Source: Paraphysomonas bandaiensis (lineage: Eukaryota > Protista > Chrysophyceae). Taken from it: a stretch of DNA of 64,000 nucleotides. Of this stretch, positions 60,202 to 64,000 are shown one piece after another. The notes beneath the pieces are model-generated. The model had not been told where the DNA came from, made no database searches, and saw only the letters and a list, made by a program, of their open reading frames with translations. How positions within the stretch are numbered: position 1 is the stretch's first letter; every line of letters starts with the position of its first letter. The stretch lies in the NCBI GenBank assembly GCA_965644295.1, contig CBFFRP010000169.1, positions 124,001 to 188,000 on the forward strand, in the 5' to 3' direction. A program made the position numbers and the translations under genes.

Positions 60202-63200
60202 CCTTCAGATGGGCCCTGTCCCGGATGCCCTTGAGGTGGGCCCATTTCCGGATGCCTGTTTATTCGTCAGGGCCCAAAGACGTCTACACAAGTGACACTT
60301 ATTGGTGTCCCTTGTACCACACAAGCATTCGGCTATGAGTTGGCAGAACAATATCTGCTGTCTAAGTTTGCGGCTCACGTTAGTTTCCCAGAGAGAATCT
60401 CTCCGGTACTTATCCCCCAGAACACCACGAAAAGGTGCGAGTCCGACTTTGTTGATGGCAAACTAGCCACCTAGGTCGCTTGTGGCTTGGTAATTGTGGT
60501 TTAGGTGTCTCTGAGGTTGTTGATCGCTTTCTGTTGCTACTGTATGAGATGTCGAACCCAGCTCCCCCCATCAATGTAGTTCGCAATGTGCGGGAGTTAT
60601 TTGCTTCTAGTGGTTTTGTAAGGAGGTCGGCTAACATTGACTTTGTGGATATATGATCCACAGTCAAAATGTTCTCCGCAATGTGTTCACGGGTGAAGTG
60701 GTATCGAATCGCGATATGTTTTGTACGTAGATGATGAGTAGGATTGTAACATAATTGGACTGCACCTTTATTATCGCACCAAATAGTTGTTGAGAATGGA
60801 AGTTTGAAACCAATTTCTGATAATAAAGAGCGTAGCCATAATGCTTCCTGAGCTGCTGACGATAAAGCCATATACTCAGCTTCAGTAGATGACAATGCCA
60901 CAGTTGTCTGTAATCGAGATTGCCATGATATAAGACAATTACCTATGAAGAATGTAAAAGCTGTGGTGGACCGTTGAAACTTTTCTGTGTCCCAATTGAA
61001 TCACAAGCCGTGATCCAAAGCAAGTGCACTGAGAAAAGTTATGTGTCTTGTCTGTGACTTAAACTTAACTAAATAGTACCCGCCAGTGGGCTGCGGTACT
61101 GTCCAGGCACAACAACGGGTGCACTGCCAGAAACAAACACAAGCCGTGAATGTTCTTTGATATAATTAATTTTACGTCAGATAGACAAGAAGAGAACAAA
61201 CATTCAATCTCTCTATGTCGCTACACAACACTACAACACTACAACAAAACCAAAGACGAGGTCGAAGTGAGTGTAAACCTGTGCAGGTTTAAAGCAGGTT
61301 TATAATCATCAGCACTATCTTCTATTCTATATGCTGGGCTGTGATATATAATTCTTTTGAAGAGTTATTACTATTACAGTTTGGATGTATACATGTATAT
61401 ATGTGTACATACTAACCTAGTATCTCTCTTTCACCCACACATATACCTAACCCTAACCCTAATATGTGAACCCTTTAGTTCATGGTATATTTCATTGAAC
61501 ATTATAACTCACATATACTATCATGTATTAAGCTGAATCCTAATAATAAACTGTAAACTGAATTAATGATTGTATCTGTTGGAGATACTTGATCGTCATC
61601 ATAGCGATGGTCATTGTCAATTATATTTCTAACTATTATTCGGCTATGTATGATAGTTATGTTCTGCATTATTATTCACTTTTCTACATTACTATGTTCG
61701 TGACTTCACACTCTAATAATCACAACATTCTTCTTACTATCACTAAGCTTAAATCTGCATTTCAACGAGTCGACGCAGGTCCTTAACGCATATATCGTGA
61801 ATACTATGGACAGATTCGAATACAAAGGGAACAAATTACAATAACGTAGAGCTCGAGAAAAATAAGAACATGATCAGCACTATTTAAATGGAGTATTGCA
61901 TATGATAAATCGGCTGAGCGTTGTGCTTCCTCATCACCCTCGTTTTAATCTCCGCCATATGAACACGCAAAATAACGCAACTAGCACGAGTGCTAGTATT
62001 ATTACAAAGTCTTCGTCTTTGAAGACGATGCACAAAGCCACGCCCACAATAATGACGAAAGCTTCCAAACTTGTTCGTCTAATTGAAGACTATCAGATGA
62101 ACACATGAATACAATCTACAGATTGACAGAAGTGCTATGCATACCTCTGATAAAACTGTCTGGCGTTTGCTTCAGCTAGAGCTCTGGCGGCGTTCGCATC
62201 AGCCCTGGCGTTTGCTTCAGCTCTGGCGTTTGCTTCAGCTAGATATCTGGCGTTTGCTTCAGCTAGAGCATCTCGTAATGCACGCACCTCAACAGCTGTG
62301 GGGGTAACGGTCTCCTCTCCATCGACATCGACAGGATCGGCTATGGGTAGAGGTGTGATCTGAGACATTGAAGCGAGTGCTGCTACCTCATACAGCTTCA
62401 ACCATATCGATATTCATGCGTTCATTTCCATATACATACATAGAAATATAAAAGTCTTCTGATCTGAGCACGACTTCCACTTCAATTGTTTCTGTTCGTT
62501 CTAGTACAGAACAAATATCAAACAGTATCTTTAACGGGCACTTCGTTTTCAGGCTTTCTAAATGATCGACTATTTACACAACCTAAACTAAAAAATCCCC
62601 TGGTTTTTCACTCAAAAAGTCACAAAACTACACATTTTCAAGAAAATAATCGGCATATTGTACACAGAATCCAGAGACAGATGTCTGTTAGCTTCACATG
62701 CAGGATACGATGCGATACTTTTACAGTAATAAGAGGAACGCAGGCTGATATGATCATAACCTCACTGGGAATACATGAGCTCATAGTTCTTTCATGCCAC
62801 ATGCTGCTGGTTGTTGATTCAGCTGGTGAAAGGTATGGTTAAGTGGCATTCATACAGGAGAGTTGGTCTATTTCAAAGACAGAGATAGCAGAGTTGATTC
62901 CATGACCATAACACCGGAGGGACCGGATGATATTGTAAATATATTCAATTTAGTGGTTCGAAACAGAGCATATGAGTATACTCATACTGCAGAGCTGATC
63001 ATCAGAGAGACTCACATAAGAATAACTCCACTTGAGTGTCATTCTCCTCTCTGATTTGAAGGTATATACTAATATGACTGTATCATTTATAGATACTTTC
63101 TCATAGTGTTCTGTGCGTATTGATGTATATGACGATACTGTGTTGGAGCATGTCAATCATTGTTGACGTGCAGCATACTCTGCGGAGCCGCATGAACACG

Positions 63201-64000
63201 ATTGTCATGTAACACCAGCGGAGTCTTCGGGTAACGTTCTTGAAATATGTTGTAACACCACTGATTCTATCCCCAAGGGGGAAACAATCGGTACACTGCG
63301 AGATAATGTATGTATGAGTTTTTTACTTTTAATGTATGTTACATATTACACCAGGTTATTACTGTGGCGGATCTACCTTCGGAATTATAGGGGTGGAGGG
63401 TGCCCCATATTGACAGCGTAACTAATCACCGCGTTTGACCGTCTTGTGTGTGCTGGTGAGTAGGGTTGCGACCGCGTACCTCTGCCTATGTACACATTGC
63501 TTAGTTCAGCGCTTCCCCACCCGGGTTCTCATTGCATATTCAGCGCTAAAAACTGTGTGATAATGATGTAGCTAGTTGGTTTCAGTAGGTAGATAGTAAA
63601 TAACATATGGGACTTAATCAATAATCAAGTATTAGTTAAACCCCCACCCGGCTCTACCTATATTGAAAGTCTTATTATTTATTTAGCAATAGGCGTTAAG
63701 AATCTGCACCAATGTAGTTGCTAGTTGAATGCTAGACAGACTATTTAGACCTCTACCCATAACGAATCAGTATAGATTTTCTATTCATCAGCTATATGAT
63801 GACTCTATGTGTGGTATACAATGTTGACGTTCACAATGTGCTCCGTAGAGTACGCTGGACTATACGAGTGTTATATAAGGTGTGTATGTACACTGTGTGC
63901 TCTTCATACAACACGCAGAACACTCTGTATATGTGTTATATGATGTGCACGTTCACTCTATGTGCACCGTTTAGTACACACTGGCTATATATGTGCTTTA
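60202..64000 (+). repeat. Segmental duplicate of about 47463-51217, continuing past the window end
   Basis: Identical ORF translations at offset 12783 (49703/62486, 50080/62863, 50167/62950) and a collinear sequence match. Confidence 0.95.
62135..62368 (-). CDS. 'ANARAxFYQR' family ORF copy with expanded AEANAR repeats
   Basis: Same as the 49394 copy plus an in-frame 42-nt expansion (YLAEANARAEANAR). Confidence 0.45.
   Translation of the reverse strand: MSQITPLPIADPVDVDGEETVTPTAVEVRALRDALAEANARYLAEANARAEANARADANAARALAEANARQFYQRYA

Larger units (their letters stand above)
52284..61242 (-). repeat. Tandem array of three ~1041-bp deleted Copia units (LTR part + PPT + RNase H + spacer); the first unit is split by the Gypsy element
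   Basis: Identical RNase H ORFs at 59369-59860 and 60410-60901 (offset 1041) and a third at 52741-53202. Full LTR at 52284-52891; truncated LTRs at 59161-59519 and 60202-60560. Confidence 0.92.

Overview
This is eukaryotic genomic DNA with short GT-AG introns (about 45-100 nt). Gene content and intron style suggest a stramenopile/ochrophyte-like protist, which is an inference. The window has two halves. (1) 1-30.6 kb is gene-dense, with 11 genes, 10 of them in five head-to-head pairs: ULK4/RUNKEL-like pseudokinase, an unknown protein, Tim21, a PDZ/coiled-coil protein, an SLC35F-like transporter, an unknown membrane-anchored protein, RRP1/Nop52, kinesin-3 with FHA, a small GPI-anchored 10-Cys protein with a three-finger/Ly6-like signature, a Ser-rich orphan, and a secreted saposin-like + metallophosphoesterase. 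Copia LTR remnants lie between these genes. (2) 30.7-64 kb is transposon-dense. It holds a piggyBac-like element, a non-autonomous hAT with perfect TIRs and an 8-bp TSD, decayed Copia elements, a TA-flanked MITE, and a young intact Ty3/Gypsy chromovirus. The chromovirus has identical 317-bp LTRs, a 4-bp TSD, and a palindrome where a tRNA PBS would be. It sits in a 1041-bp tandem array of deleted Copia units inside a ~5-kb segmental duplication. An unknown small coiled-coil(+TM) ORF family occurs six times, is linked to the MITE termini, and repeatedly appears as fold-back palindromes. Best candidates for new biology: this palindrome-forming cargo-gene family, the PBS-less chromovirus, and the three-finger-like protein. 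Coordinates were read by eye and no database searches were run.
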